Positions 1-13,095 of a DNA stretch of 64,000 nt are shown here, one piece after another. The translations under genes were made by a program, and so were the position numbers. Source of the DNA: Chiloscyllium plagiosum (taxonomy: Eukaryota); contig NC_057711.1 in NCBI RefSeq assembly GCF_004010195.1, forward strand, positions 78,769,738 to 78,833,737, given 5' to 3'. The stretch's first letter is position 1. The number at the start of each line of letters is the position of its first letter. The notes beneath the pieces are model-generated. The model did not search any database. It was not told the origin of the DNA and saw nothing but the letters and a program-made list of their open reading frames with translations.

Positions 1-1877
1 ACATGACCTGCCCTTGACGAAACCATGTTGACTATCTCCAATGAAATTGTCGCTTGCTAGATGATTATAAATCCTATCTCTTATAATCCTTTCCAAACCT
101 TTTCCTACAACAGATGTAAGGCTCACTGGACTATAATTACCTGGGTCATATCTAATATCCTTCTTGAACAAGGGCACAGCATTTGCAATCCTCCACTCCT
201 CTGGTACTAAACCTGTAGACAATGATGACTCACAGATCAAGGCCAAAGGCTCCACCATCTCCTCCCTAGCTTCCCAGAGAGTCCTTAGATAAATCCCATC
301 CGGCCCAGGGTACTTATCTACTCTCATGCCTTCCAGAATTGATAACACCTTAACTAACCTCAATCCTTTCTAGTTTAGGAGCCTGTATCTCCATCTTCTC
401 CTCAACAATATTCTCCTTTTCCTGTGTGAAAACAGATGAGAAATATTCGCTTAGCACCTCTCCGATCTCCACAGGGTTCACACATAACTTCCCACTTCTG
501 TCTTTGACTGGCCCTACTCCTACCCTAGTCATCCTTTTATTCCTCACAAACCCATAGAAAGCTTTAGGGTTCTTCTTTATTCTACCTGCTAAAGACTGCT
601 CATGTCCCCTCCTTGATCTTCTTAACTCTCTCTTTAAATCCTTCCTAGCTAATCTGTAACTCTCCATCATCTCATCTGAACCATCTTGTTTCAACATCAC
701 ATAAGCCTCCCTCTTCTGCTTAACAGGAGATACAATTCCTTTAGTAAACCACGGTTCCCTTACCTATCAATTCCTCCCTGCTTGACAGGGACATACCTAT
801 CAAGGACACGCAATATCTTTTCCTTAAACCAGCTCCACATTTTGATTGTCCCCATTCCCTGCATTTTGCTACCCCATTCTATGCATCCTAGGTCTTGCTT
901 AATTGCATTATAATTGCCCTTCCCCCATCTATCGCTGTGGCATGTACCTATCCCTTTCCATCATTAAACTAAACATAATCGAATTATGGTCCCTCTCTCC
1001 AAAGTGGTCATCTACCATTCAATCAAACACCTGGCCTGGTTCATTACCAAGTACCAGATCCAATGTGGCCTCCCCTCTTGTTGGCCCTTTGACATACTGT
1101 GTCAGGAAACCTTCCTGCACACATTGGACAAAAACTGATTCTTCCAATGAACTAGAGTTATAGCATTTCCAGTCAACGTTGGCGAAGTTAAAGTCCCCCA
1201 TAATGACCACCCTGTTCCTTTCACTCCCACATAGAATTGTTTTGCCAATCCTCTCCTCCACATCTCTGGAACTTTGCAGAGGCCTATAAAAAACTCCCAG
1301 CAGCGTGACCTTTCCTCTCCTGTTTCTAACATCAGCCTATATCACCACAGTAGATGAGTCCTCATCAAAAGTTATTTCAACCACCATTATACTGTCCTTG
1401 ACTAACAAACCCACACCTCCTCCTTTACCACCTTCCCTGATCTTAATGAAAGATCTAAATCCTGGAACCTGCAACATCCATTCCTAACCCTGCGCTATCC
1501 TTGTCTCCGAAATGGCCACAACATTGAAGTCCCAGGTACCTATCCATGCTGCAAACTCACCTACCTTATTTTGGATACTCCTGGCGTTGAAGTAGACACA
1601 CTTCAAACCAGCTTGCTGTCTGCCCGCACACTCCTGTGACCATGAAATCCTGTCCATATCCTCCTTTGCACCTGGAACTACACCACAGGTTCCCATCACA
1701 CTGCTAAGCTAGTTTAAACCCACCCGAATAACACTAGCAAATTTCCTACCCAGAATATTAGCACCCCTTTGGTTCAAATGAAGACCGTCCTGTTTATAGA
1801 GATCTCACCTTCCCCAGAATGAGCCCCAATTATCCATATACCTGTAGAGGTCCCACCTTCCCCAGAATGAGCCCCAA
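1..1877 (-). mobile_element. CR1-clade LINE, decayed: end of ORF1 (SGNH esterase-like), APE endonuclease, start of RT; runs off the left edge
   Basis: Minus-strand peptides LKCVYFNARSIQNK...VAISET, IMGDFNF, ATLDLVLGNEPGQV, IKKNPKAFY; ORF1 tail WGSFWGR..YKQDGLHLNQRGANIL at about 1720-1835; frameshifts and stops. Confidence 0.93.
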
Positions 1878-3396
1878 GCTTCCTGGATTGTCCTTATTTC
1901 CCCTTCTCAAACACAGGAAAAGCATTAGCTACTCACCAGTCCTCTGGGACCTCTCCACTGGCTAATGAGGATGGAAAGATCTTGGTGAAGGCCCCAGCAA
2001 TCGACTCTCTTACCTCTCTCAGTAACCTGGGGTAGATACCATCGAGTCCTGGGGACTTATCCAACTTAATGCTCTTCAATAGATCCAAGAACATTTCTTT
2101 CTTGATCTCAAAACATCCTCACATATTAGCATGCTCCACACAGATCTCACTAGGCTCACTATCCTTCTCCTGGGTGAATACCAACGTAAAGTACTCATGT
2201 AGGATCTCACCCACATCCTCTGCCTCCAAGCACAAGTTCCCTCCTTTATCCTTGAGTAGTCCTACCTTCTCCCGAATTATCCTTTTGGTTTTAATGTATC
2301 TACAGAATATCTTGGGATTCTCTTTTACCCTACTTGCCAAGATCATTTCATGGCCCCTTTTCACTCTCCTAATTTCCTACTTGAGTACTTTCCTGCTTTT
2401 GTTATATTCCTCATGGGTCCCAACCAATTTTAGCTTCCTAAACCTTACACATGCTTCTTTTTCCCTTATGACTAAATTCACAACCTCCCTTGTTATCCAA
2501 GGGTCCCTTACCTTGCCATCCTTGTCCTTCCTCCTTACTGGAACATGCTGGTCTTGAACTCTCATCAGAAGGTCTTTTTAACAGTTCCCACATGTTAAAC
2601 GTGAACTTGCCTGATAACAGCTTCTCCCAATTAATATTCCCTAGCTCCTGCTTAATACTGATGCTATTTGCCTTTCCCCAATTTAGTACCCTCCTGCAAG
2701 GTCCTAACTTATCCTTGTTCATAGTTATCTTAAAACTTAAATGATCACTGTTTCCAAAATGCTCTCCCACTGAAAGGCTTGTCTACATTGGATTCCAACA
2801 TCTGCAATTTTTTTGTCACCTGGAAAGGCTCATTAGCCAATACAATGTTCAGTATGGCCCCTCCTTGGGTTGGACTATTCACATTGTATTTCAAAAAACC
2901 CTCTTGTTTGTATCTAACAAATTCTGCACCATCTATGCCTCTTGCTCTAAGTGAGTCCCAGTCAATACTTGGGAAGTTAAAGTCACCCACTGTGACAACC
3001 CTGTTTTTATTGCATCTTTCCGTAATCTGTCTAAATATTTATTCCTCAATCTCTCAGTGGGGGGGCCTACAGTATACAGTAGAACCTTGATTATCCAAAC
3101 GAGATGGGCAGCAGAGTATTTTGTTCAGTTAATTGATTGTTTGGATAGTCGATCTGACCATTAACAAGCGGTAATTTATGAGTGCCGGTTATCTGAACAT
3201 TTCTCGGTTATCTGGATGCTGAGTTGCCTAATGCCATTTTTACGTAATCTTGAGATCTTGTTTGGATAATCCAAGATTTGGATAATTGATGTTTGGATAA
3301 CTGAGGTTATACTGTAATCCTATCAGATTGATTGCACCCATCTTATTTTTGACCTTTACCCATATTGCCTCAGTGAATGAGCCCTCCATATTGTCA
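1878..3396 (-). mobile_element. Second CR1 LINE fragment (APE domain to start of RT), interrupted by a MITE
   Basis: GDFNFPSIDW, GEHFGNSDH, VKENPKIFCRYIK; the LIGLYCRPP motif is restored when 3077-3316 is removed. Confidence 0.9.
3077..3314. mobile_element. Tc1/mariner-pogo (Tigger-like) MITE
   Basis: TIRs cagtagaaccttgattatcc / ggataactgaggttatactg; TA duplicated at 3075-3076 and 3315-3316; related to 45421-45578. Confidence 0.88.
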
Positions 3397-5519
3397 ACAT
3401 CTTAGAATCTCACATTGATGCGATTAACTGGTTAATAAAGGAAGCAGGAAAGAGCAGTCAACATCAAATAAATATAACTTTGTTTAACATAATCAGTAAT
3501 TGGAAAATAACTACTGCAAAGGGAATATTTTGGAAAAATTAAAAAGGATACCGAGAAAGGCATACAGGCTGCATGTTAATGTTCAGCAAAATAGTCTGAG
3601 AATCAAGATATTGAAAACATCCTGGAACATTCTTGTGAGAAGAAATCTTAAATTAGGAAGTAAAATACACACAGCTGCATGGGTTTGTATTATTTCACAT
3701 CTTATTGTTATTATTATTTTGTGTCGTTGGATCTGTTTTGTGTCAATCACTATGATGTTTTCATGCTGGTTTCAGCAACAAATGCGGCAGATGGAAAGAG
3801 AAACAGCCCTGTTAAGATATGACCATTTTAAACCTGCAATGAATGAAGCATAATGCATGTTTATCACTTTGTGTACGTTATTACTTTTGTGATTTATTTA
3901 CTGACCATCATTCTGCAATTCATTTATTGATTATCGGTTTACATACATCTGACCCAAATAATGAAATAGTGCATCAATTTTAAATAGTGCTTGGTGTAGC
4001 AACTCAGCTTGGATATGAACTGGAAAATGGCTAATTACTACTGTTTGTTCATCATATTAAAAATAATGAACAAAGAGGAGGAACTGTGACAATTTAAATT
4101 TCACAACTTTAATAACTTCATGGATTGAAAGAATCAGCAGTAACTCTTTCTGGAATAAATTGTTTCTTGAGATGAAAGAAACAAGGAGAAACTGTTATAA
4201 AGGAATTAAAAGAAACATGTGAATTAACCATCTCTGGAAAGAACCAACATAAACAAGCTGTTTCCTGGGAGAGAGGTGACAACACTGTTTGGTAATCTGC
4301 TGCCTTGTGACAAATGGGCAATTAAGACTGCCTGCAGAAGTAATGTTTTGAAATAAAGGGGTTAATTGCAAGAAAGACTGTGTTTTAAGCAGGCAGCTAA
4401 CTCTGAATTTAACAAGGAACAGGGAAGCTGCTTCTGATAAAAAGGAAAGCTACAGAGTTGAGGTCTTCAGAAGAGTAATCAATGTTGGAGATGAAAGAAC
4501 CTATTGAATCATCATAATGTCACACCACAAACTTGAAAGAGAAAAAAAAGTCTAAGAATCCAACACCAGAACAAGTCAGTAGCAGAACTTTGAAGACCAA
4601 CATAGATTGAATGCTGGACACTTTTTAGAGATAGATTGATGTTGCTTGGAATCCTGGCCAGATTCCACCATTAATTAGGTAACAGCCAAGCTGTGAGGTT
4701 TAACTTGCTTACTTGAGCGGCCTTACTTTGGTTGTTACATAAAGTAAATTTAAATTATTGTTTCAGTGTCGATTGTTTTGTGAGATTTCTTAGTAAGTAT
4801 ATGAATTAAAGGTAATTTTAGGGATTTACCCTACAATGCATATAAGAAGGAACAGCGTTACTGGGAGCATTAAGCTGCCCATTATATTCTATTCCACCAT
4901 GCATGACAGTGGCACACTTTGAATCAAAGCAATATGTATGGATGCAGGACCTCAATAGGAAACATACAGCAGATCAGGTGTGATTGTATATTGTTCGTAC
5001 AGCTGAGGAGATTATGCAAAGGAACCCAGAATCTCATCCAATTGTGGATCAATTGTCCATCAATATTTGGTTTGGACAAACTCAGTGAGGTATGTAGTGG
5101 CAAAAGGGACTTTTAGACCCCGTACAGTCGAGAACATAATCAAGGTCAAAAATCCCCAAGCAGAGGCTTACCATCTTTCAACTTTCATGAACACCTTCTG
5201 GAACAATAGTGAAACTTCAGACCACCTGGATTTGTGAAGTCAGAGACTTCGAGGAGATGGGATAAAAGTAATTATATACATGAATATATCAATGTTAGTA
5301 ATGGGACAAAAGCCTGTCGGGGGATGTTGTATCTAGCGTTTGGTTCTGGAATGGTTAATGGCAAGAAGTGCAGAACTCAATAGAATATTGTCATAAGGAC
5401 TCAGGTTGGGAGAGCAGCTCTGGATCTTGAAGGAGATAGACCTATCTTCCAGGTTTCCTCAGTTTGACTACCAATATCTATTCTGTTAATGTAACTAGAA
5501 AAGGCCTATCAAGATGTGT

Positions 5520-5686
5520 TTAGATCAGAGTGGTCCTGGAAAAGCACAGCAAGTCAGGCAGCATCTGAGGAGCTTTTGCCTGAAACATCGATTTTCCTGC
5601 TCCTTGGATGCTGCCTAACCTGCTGTGCTTTTCCAGGACCACTCTGATCTAAACTCTGGTTTCCAGCATCTGCAGTCCTCACTTTT
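5520..5686. mobile_element. Fold-back PLE-terminus mini-insertion with partial hammerhead
   Basis: Inverted arms about 5520-5573 and 5599-5652; 16-bp direct repeat gcctatcaagatgtgt at 5504-5519 and 5687-5702. Confidence 0.85.
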
Positions 5687-5754
5687 GCCTATCAAGATGT
5701 GTAACAACTCTAAGTAACTAGTGAGAAAAGCTGTTTACAGAAAAGAGAGCCTTA

Positions 5755-6872
5755 ATTGCAGCAGTAACCACCCCAACATCCACAACCAAAGCTGCTTCAA
5801 GACTTTGTTTAAGTGAGTTACAACACACTGCAACACCCAGAGTTCTTAAAAAAAGAAGAGGGACACCTATGCAAGTCTTTCCACTAATGGGTACTCTAAC
5901 AGCTGCATCTGCCACTCAAACAACACCAAGAAGACAGTGTGTGCCCCAACCTACTGACCACCCTACCCTTTATTAGAAACATCTCAGAACTGACTATAAG
6001 ACTTCTACGCCTAGCACATAAACCAACAGTCGCACGTTGCCAGTTACTATCCAGGACTAAAGACCCGATGCCCACAACAGGCAGGAGGAATGTAATACAG
6101 TAGTGCCTCGACATGCGAACGACCCAGTTCACGAACAAATCAGTTTACGAACAGAATTGTACATAAAATTTTGCTTCAATGTACATACGAAATTCAAGGT
6201 ACGAATGAAGGTACGAACGCAAAAAGCCCGTGTGCGACCACGTGGTTTCATTGTTCTGCTTTGCTACATGCACTTTGAACGCAAAAGCTCTCGGGCCCCG
6301 TGTGATCTCATTCAGTTCATCTTTGGCACGCTGTGAACATCGTTCGTTGCTACGTCCAAGCATTCTTACGCTATCCGAACAATGGGAAAAATTGATTCGG
6401 TTTGCGAACTGGGTCCCGGAACGGATTAAGTTCATAAGTCGAGGCACTACTGTATATGAAATACCATGCAGCAACTGTAAGAAACATTATGTAGGTCAAA
6501 TGGGCAGGAAACTCACCAACAGTATACATGAGCATCAGCTGCAACAAAATGACATAAACAGCTCTCTCTCATGTCAATGAAGGACACTGACAATGAAGGA
6601 CACCAATTCAACTGGGACACTGTTATGATACTGGAAAAGACAAAACAAAGATAAGCCTGGGAATTCCTGGAGGCCTAGTATTCATTCACTTGTGCCATGA
6701 ATAAACATCTACAGACCACTACAGTACAAAACTGGAATTAGAAATGTATAATTCTGGGAAAATCACAACAAAAACACTTCATCCGGAGCCTATATGACAT
6801 TGAAGATGTCACCAGAAGGAGGACAAAATGTGTGGGAAAAAATCATCTGGCATGGCGAACTGACCACCAACG
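5755..6872 (+). mobile_element. Penelope-like retroelement relic (RT C-terminal region, GIY-YIG endonuclease, 3' terminus)
   Basis: SNHPNIH..SCFKTLF..THC, EEGHL..NGY, TLPFIRNISE, NVIYEIPCSNCKKHYVGQMGRKL..IHEH; degenerate hammerhead-like tgaagatgtcacc..gacaaaatg at about 6800-6830. Confidence 0.88.
6098..6452. mobile_element. Tc1/mariner-pogo (Tigger-like) MITE nested in the PLE
   Basis: Perfect 15-bp TIR cagtagtgcctcgac / gtcgaggcactactg; TA TSD at 6096-6097 and 6453-6454; CpG-rich, so relatively young. Confidence 0.92.
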
Positions 6873-6988
6873 CCAAGAGACCCTTAAACCCAAAATGGAT
6901 CATGTTAATATTCAGAATGTAGAATTTGTTAGTGTGTAGAGATAGCAGCTAGAAACTAAAAGAAATCAATCCGCAAGCTAAGGAACCA

Positions 6989-7725
6989 ATAAGGTAAAAA
7001 CAATGACTGCAGATGCTGGAAACCAGAGTCTTGATTAGAGTGGTGCTGGAAAAACACAGCAGTTCAGGCAGCATCCAAGGAGCAGGAAAATCGACGTTTC
7101 AGGCAAAAGCCTTTCATCAGGAATAGAGGCAGGGTGCCTCCAGAGTGGAGAGATAAATGAAAGGGGAGGTGGGGAGAAAGTAGCATAGAGTACAACAGGT
7201 GAATGGGGGTCGGGATGAAGGTGATAGGTCAGAGAGGAGGGTGGAGCAGATAGGTGGAAAGGAAGATAGGCAGGTAGGACAGGTCATGGGGACGGTGCTG
7301 AGCTGGAAGGTTGGAACTGGGGTGAAGTGGGGGAAGGGGAAATGTTCAGGACATGGTTGTAGAGCTTCAGGGCAGAGGAGATGACTTGGGGGTTGCAGTG
7401 AGAGAGAGACTCACTGAGATTCTTGTAGAGAGAGGAGGAGTTTCCAGCATCTACAGCCCTTATTTTTACCTAGTTGATTTTAACCCTACTGCGAATCCTC
7501 TTGCAAGGATGCCTGCCTTGAAGAAGTTTTCCTCCTCTCTCTACAAGAATCTCAGTGAGTCTCTCTGAAGCTCTTCAACATGTCCTGAACATTTCCCCTT
7601 ACCCCACCTCACCCCAGTTCCAACCTTCCAGCTCAGCACCATCCCCATGGCCCGAAACGTCGATTTTCCTGCTCCTCGGATGCTGCCTGACCTGCTGTGC
7701 TTTTCCAGCACCACTCTAATCTAGA
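6989..7725. mobile_element. Non-autonomous, internally deleted PLE inserted as an inverted dimer
   Basis: Minus copy about 6991-7440 and plus copy about 7441-7725 are mutually complementary; 11-bp TSD ctaaggaacca at 6978-6988 and 7726-7736. Confidence 0.85.
7089..7124 (-). ncRNA. Minimal type I hammerhead ribozyme motif (intact core)
   Basis: Reverse complement reads AUUC-CUGAUGA-A-AGGC-UUUU-GCCU-GAAA-CGUC-GAUU. Confidence 0.75.
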
Positions 7726-9929
7726 CTAAGGAACCATCCAAAACCTACAAGACAAAGTATTGAACTCCTGGTGACACAGATGCCGTGGTGAAGTTTAAAT
7801 TTGAACATCATAATGAGCTTAAATAGATCAAACCTTAACAAACATTGGCACAGTCCAACTAACTTAGTGAAACTATGGAGCTATACGTCTGGCTAATAAC
7901 ACAGAACCAATACAATCAAGTCCTGCAAGCTGAAAATAAGAAGCATGCAGAAGACTTACAGCAGGTCTTACATTCAGATAACCAGCATTTCTTACCCAAA
8001 TGACACAAAAGAGAGAGACATTGATGGAGGAAAAGGTCTATCATGTAGAAATGTTCATAACTCCAAGATCACAATGAATGATTGACTAAAAGAAAACTTA
8101 TTGCTGATGAATAATGATCTAAATTTCAGGAAGAAAATCCAGATAGAGATAACAATAATCTTCATTTCCTTACTAATGACAGAGATCAACTGCAGAATGA
8201 AAGTTGATCTTTTAAATATATCTGCAAATCAGAGCACAGCACAGGAAATTTCCATTGATCCTGCAGCAGCATTTTATTCCATTGTCCATGAGAGTACAAT
8301 TATGTCCTACGCAGTCACCAAGACGAAATTGGCAGCACCTCAGCAGTCTGGTACCTCAACATGTATTGAAGTGAGAGAAATTTCTACTCTAGACTGCTAG
8401 AGACCTTTTCATTTGATTGTCTCCAGCATTGTTGTCCATTTTCTCTTTTCATATATCCCATTCACACTTGGATCAAGGATGTGTGAGACTTTCAATTCCA
8501 TGTCTTTTCTTATGGAGAAGTGTTTTAAGAGTGTTGAATGTTTGAGGTTAAATGTTAATCGTAAAATGTGGTACCTAAAAGAACTTGGGAAGAGATGTGG
8601 AGTGAAGGGAATTCTATCTTCATTCTAAAGGTAGCTGCCAGGCATGTGAAAAACAAACTATGTTACAATGATGTTAGATCACATGGATCTATGTGGCTAT
8701 GGATAACATTTCCTCTCTCATAACACTCTGTGTAAAATTACGTTCAATAAAGCCTGTTGTTGTTGACTTGCAGGAGTGTAGACCTTAAATTCTAGAAGGT
8801 GACACTGATATAAAATAGTTTATAACATGGGAAGAAGCCCTTCAGCCCATTGTGTCTGTACCATCATCTAGTCTAAATGCATTTTCCAGGACTTAGCCTT
8901 GTATGCTATGGTGTTTCAAATGTTCAGCTAAATAGTTCTTTACTGTCTTAAGGGTTCCCACTGATACCACCCTTCAGCCAGTGAGCTCCAGACCCCCACA
9001 GCATTCTGGAGGAAAACAATCTCTTGACGTAGTGTAAACTGGAAAGCAAGACTTTAACTTCAACTTTTGTGGAAGAAAAGTCAGGATTCATGTGCAGGTA
9101 CTAACATGCCAAAATAGCTCTTACTATTGATTTTTAAAGTTGGCAAAAATCAGCAAAAGCTTTTTTAATTAATCAAGTTATTACATGTGAATGCACACAT
9201 AGCAAATAAGGTCATGTAATTTTGTCTCCTTTTGATATGTCGTATCTCTGGACTTCACAACTTTCTATTCAATATCTATTATCCTATACCTATTCAAAAT
9301 GCATGATATATAATTTGTCTGCACATTTATGTAATGATTTATTTATGTTTCTTTAGTTTAACTACCTACAACTGATGAATTTCTCTCACAGATATCTTGC
9401 AGTTATTTGAATTAACACTGGAGGGTGACAGAGATTTACCCAGAAATAATCTGTGTTACCACAGTGTTATGCTGCTGCAAAATTCAATTGGGCAATATTT
9501 ATATTTTGAGTGTAACGGGTGCATTTTGCTTCTAAAATGGCATTTTTTGAGCATACCCATTTCCCGAGTGGCAGTGGCAGGCAATAGGAGAGCATTAAAG
9601 TGAGTGCGGGAAATGCATGAATACCAGAAACATCTAGAGTAGGCCAATCAGCCTGTAAAATCAGCACTATTATTTTGGAACTAATCAATCCAATTAATGC
9701 CCTGTCTTAACATTGCACACATGGAGGTGGGCGAAGCTGCAGGAAGAATCCCCATCAATAATATTTGAAGGAATCATCAACTATTGCCAGGTTAGTTACT
9801 GTTTGAATTTTCCTGAGTGTCAGTGAATTTGCAAGTCTTTAGTCACTTCTACATTTACTTAAAGTTGCTGAGGTTACAGGGTTTTATTGTGGCATATGCT
9901 GATGGATTGGGTCTTGTCTTCAGGGATTT

Positions 9930-10900
9930 TGTTTTGACCATTTACGTCCTGGGTGCAGAAGCTTGTATTCCCCTTGGTTTGTGGCAGGGCAGAGAATGAA
10001 GAGTGGCAGCACAAAGGAGGACAAAAGTTTCAACAGGAAGGAGAAGCAGGGGATGAAAGTCTCTTTGAAGAGGAGGCCTTTTCAGCCCAGGATCTTAGGG
10101 AAGCAGTTGTACAACCAGAACCTCAGTGCGGAAGAGTCCGATTACTCTGCTCCAATAAGAAGGTCCTTTTCAGCTACAACTGCAACTTCAATCAGGGTGA
10201 GAATGGCATTACTAGTGGCTCTGCAGGTGAAGATTGTGTCTCTGTTGAACTTCTTCCAAGTTGAACTAGGTGATATGGGCGGCACGGTGGCACAGCACCA
10301 GAGACCCGGGTTCAGTTCCCGCCTCAGGTGACTCTCTGTGTGGAGTTTGCATATTCTCCCTGTGTCTGCATGGGTTTCCTCCAGGTGCTCCGGTTTCCTC
10401 CCACAATCCAAAAATGTGCAGGTTAGGTGAATTGGCCATGCTAAATTGCCCGTAGTGTTAGGTGAAGGGGTAAATGTAGGGCAATGGGTCTGGGTGGGTT
10501 GCCCTTCGGTGGGTCAGTGTGGACTTGTTGGGCCGAAGGGCCTGTTTCCACACTGTAAGTAATCTAATCTAATCTAATATTTGTAACCACTCCCTCTCTT
10601 GTTGTTCACTGTAATATAAAAAAGCTCATTAAGACTGTATATGTAAAGAGAACTGAACATACATTATTCGCTGCTTCCAAGGAAGGAAAAGGCAGAATGG
10701 GGACTGCAAGCTTCCTAATGTGTTGCCACTGGTTGCATAGATGTCACTTTGTAGACATTGTACACTAATTTTAAGATGCAAGATTAAAACTGGAAGGGAT
10801 TTCACTCCCTAGTGACCAGCTAATTGTGAAACATTGTCTGAGGACCACTGCCTGACACCTTGTGGGATTTTCTGTACCAATATGTTACTCTGACTAATGG
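9930..10900 (+). mobile_element. PIF/Harbinger transposase relic (N-terminal part), split by a SINE
   Basis: KRRPFQPRILGKQLYNQNLSAEE...ALLVALQVKIVSLLNFFQVELGD resembles the N-terminus of HARBI1-type transposases; boundaries approximate. Confidence 0.6.
10277..10577 (+). mobile_element. HE1-type tRNA-derived SINE (5' internal deletion between two cacag motifs)
   Basis: gggcggcacggtggcacag head, ggttcagttcc B-box, cactgtaagt(aatct)n tail. Confidence 0.92.
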
Positions 10901-11439
10901 TTGTTTGAGGTAGTTTGCTGCCATCAATCCACCTTTATCTTGCTTTGTCCTATCTAGCAATTAGTACTCAAGGATAATTTATTGTTGACTATCTATTAAT
11001 AAGGTGTTATTCTTAGATAATGTAAAGGTTTATTGCATGACAACAATAATCACAATTACTTTTGATTAGATTGGCACCATAGGGAATGGGTACAGTTATA
11101 TTTACTCCCTCTGAAAGCTAGGGTCCAGCACCTTTTTCCACCCACAGACAGTGATATTAACAAAGCCAATGCAATATACACTTAAATCCTTCAAAATGAT
11201 TACAGTGTATAATATGAGGTCAGCTACGAGGTCCTCAATCTGCTTTGTTTTCTGTTGCTGCGCTTTGTAATCCCTGTGTGTCATTGGTGTGTCGTGTCTA
11301 GAATCTATCATTGCTATGAAGCAGGAACCAGCGGCCTTTCATTTAACACCAGTAGGTCCACGATAATTGTGAAATGCTGTTAATGCTCAAAATATGTCTC
11401 ATGGCCCAATCCACTGGCCATCTACAACAAACCCAATAA

Positions 11440-13095
11440 ATTTATTAGGCTGGAATTCCATCCATAGCACAATTGTTGGTACCTACAGCACATGCAATGC
11501 AAAATTTCAAGAAGGCAGCTCACCACCACTTTCTCAAGAACAACCAAATACAGTCAATAAATACTGGCCCAGCTAGCAACAACCACACCCACAATTGAAT
11601 TAAACAAAAACCAAGCTGTTCCAGTACAGCTACAATTGGCTTCTTCCCAACAATGTGGAATGAAGCCTTGGTATATGCTGTGCACAAAATTACCACCCTG
11701 CCGCCCGATCAATTGTCAGTAACGTCATCAACATGCTATCACACAGCAATTGTGAACAACAGCCTGCTCACTGAAGAACAGTTTGGTTTCCATCTGGACT
11801 ACTCATTACAGCTTTGGTTCAAACGTGAACAAAAGAGCTGAATTCCAGAGGTGAGGTGAGAGTGACAGCCCTTGTTATCAAGGCTGTATTTGACTGAGTG
11901 TGGCATTAAGGAGCTCTAACAGATCAGAGACAATGGAAGTCAGGGGAGACCTCTCTGCTGATAGGATGCATACCTGGTACAAAGATTGTGGTTATTGGAG
12001 GTCAGGCATCTCAGCAAAGTTCCCTTTAAGCTGTATTGCTCTTCCCAGGTTCCTCTGAGGTTATGTGCAATCTGATCGGCTTCTAGTTTTGGAACTCAAT
12101 GCTCTGCACAGACCTCAAAGGTCCTCGCATTAAAAAAAACAATGAGAGGGGTATTGCATCTCAGCTCCAGCATATTTCTGCAGAAGTTCCTCAGGATAGT
12201 GTCCTAGGCTCAAACATCTTCAGCTGCTTCCTCAATTACCTTCCCTCCATCATAAGATCAGAAGTAGGGATGTTCGCTGATGATTCACACAATGTTCAGC
12301 ATCATTTGCCACTCCTCAGATACTGAAGCAGTCAATGTCCAGTGCAACAAGATCTGGACAATGGTACCACAGAAGTGCCCTACAATGCCATCACTAACCA
12401 GAGAGAATGTAACCATTTCCTCATTACTTTCAACTGCATTACCATTACTCAATCCCACAACTGCCAACATACTGTGGGTTTTCATTGAACAAATTAGGAT
12501 CTCATCCAGTTATATATTTACTTTGGCTACAAGAACAGAGGCTAGGAGTCCTGTGGTATATAATTCTTCTCTTGACTCCCCAAAGTCTATTCACCATCTA
12601 CAAGGCACAAGTAAGGAGTGTAATGGAATACTCCCCACTTGTCTTGATGAGTGCAGTTCCAAGAAATCTCAAGAAGCTTGACACCATGCAGAAGAAAGCA
12701 TACCTACAAACATACCCTCTCTCCATCACTGCTGCTCATTCACAGCATTGAGTACCAAGATGGACAGTAGAAATTCACCAAGACTACTTAGAATGTTCCA
12801 AACCCATGACACTTTAATCTAGAAGAACAAGGACAGCAGATACATGGGATTACCACTAACTGCAAGTTCCACTCCAATCTGCACTATCTTGAGTTGAAAA
12901 CTTATCACTGTTCCTTCAGTGCTATTGGGTCAAAATCTTGGAAGTCCCTCCTTAATAGCATTATGAGTCTATCTGCACCAATGGACTGCAGCTGTTCAAG
13001 AAGGCAGCTCATCATTACATTTTCAAGGGCAATTAGCAATAGGCAATAAATACTGACCAAGCTGGCGAAACACATCATGAATGAATAAAATAAAA
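11440..13095 (+). mobile_element. Old L2/CR1-group LINE: an isolated 3' tail (about 11440-11610) followed by RT fragment and 3' UTR
   Basis: EEQFGF, VPQDSVLG, GMFADD, IYKAQVRSVMEYSPL; tail ttcaagaaggcagctc...aataaa...gaatgaat seen twice. Confidence 0.82.
12015..12156. mobile_element. hAT-type MITE nested in the LINE
   Basis: Degenerate TIRs caaagttccct / gaggggtattg; 8-bp TSD catctcag at 12007-12014 and 12157-12164. Confidence 0.72.

Noticed and set aside
5845..5890. Furin-like site VLKKRR suggesting env
   Set aside because: Alternative frames read as the Penelope EEGHL..VF..NGY motif, consistent with the flanks
4085..8800. Possible LTR (tgtgac after a purine tract at 4085) and ERV internal remnants (4900-5500, 7740-8400)
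   Set aside because: No matching second LTR, TSD or diagnostic protein motif could be established by eye
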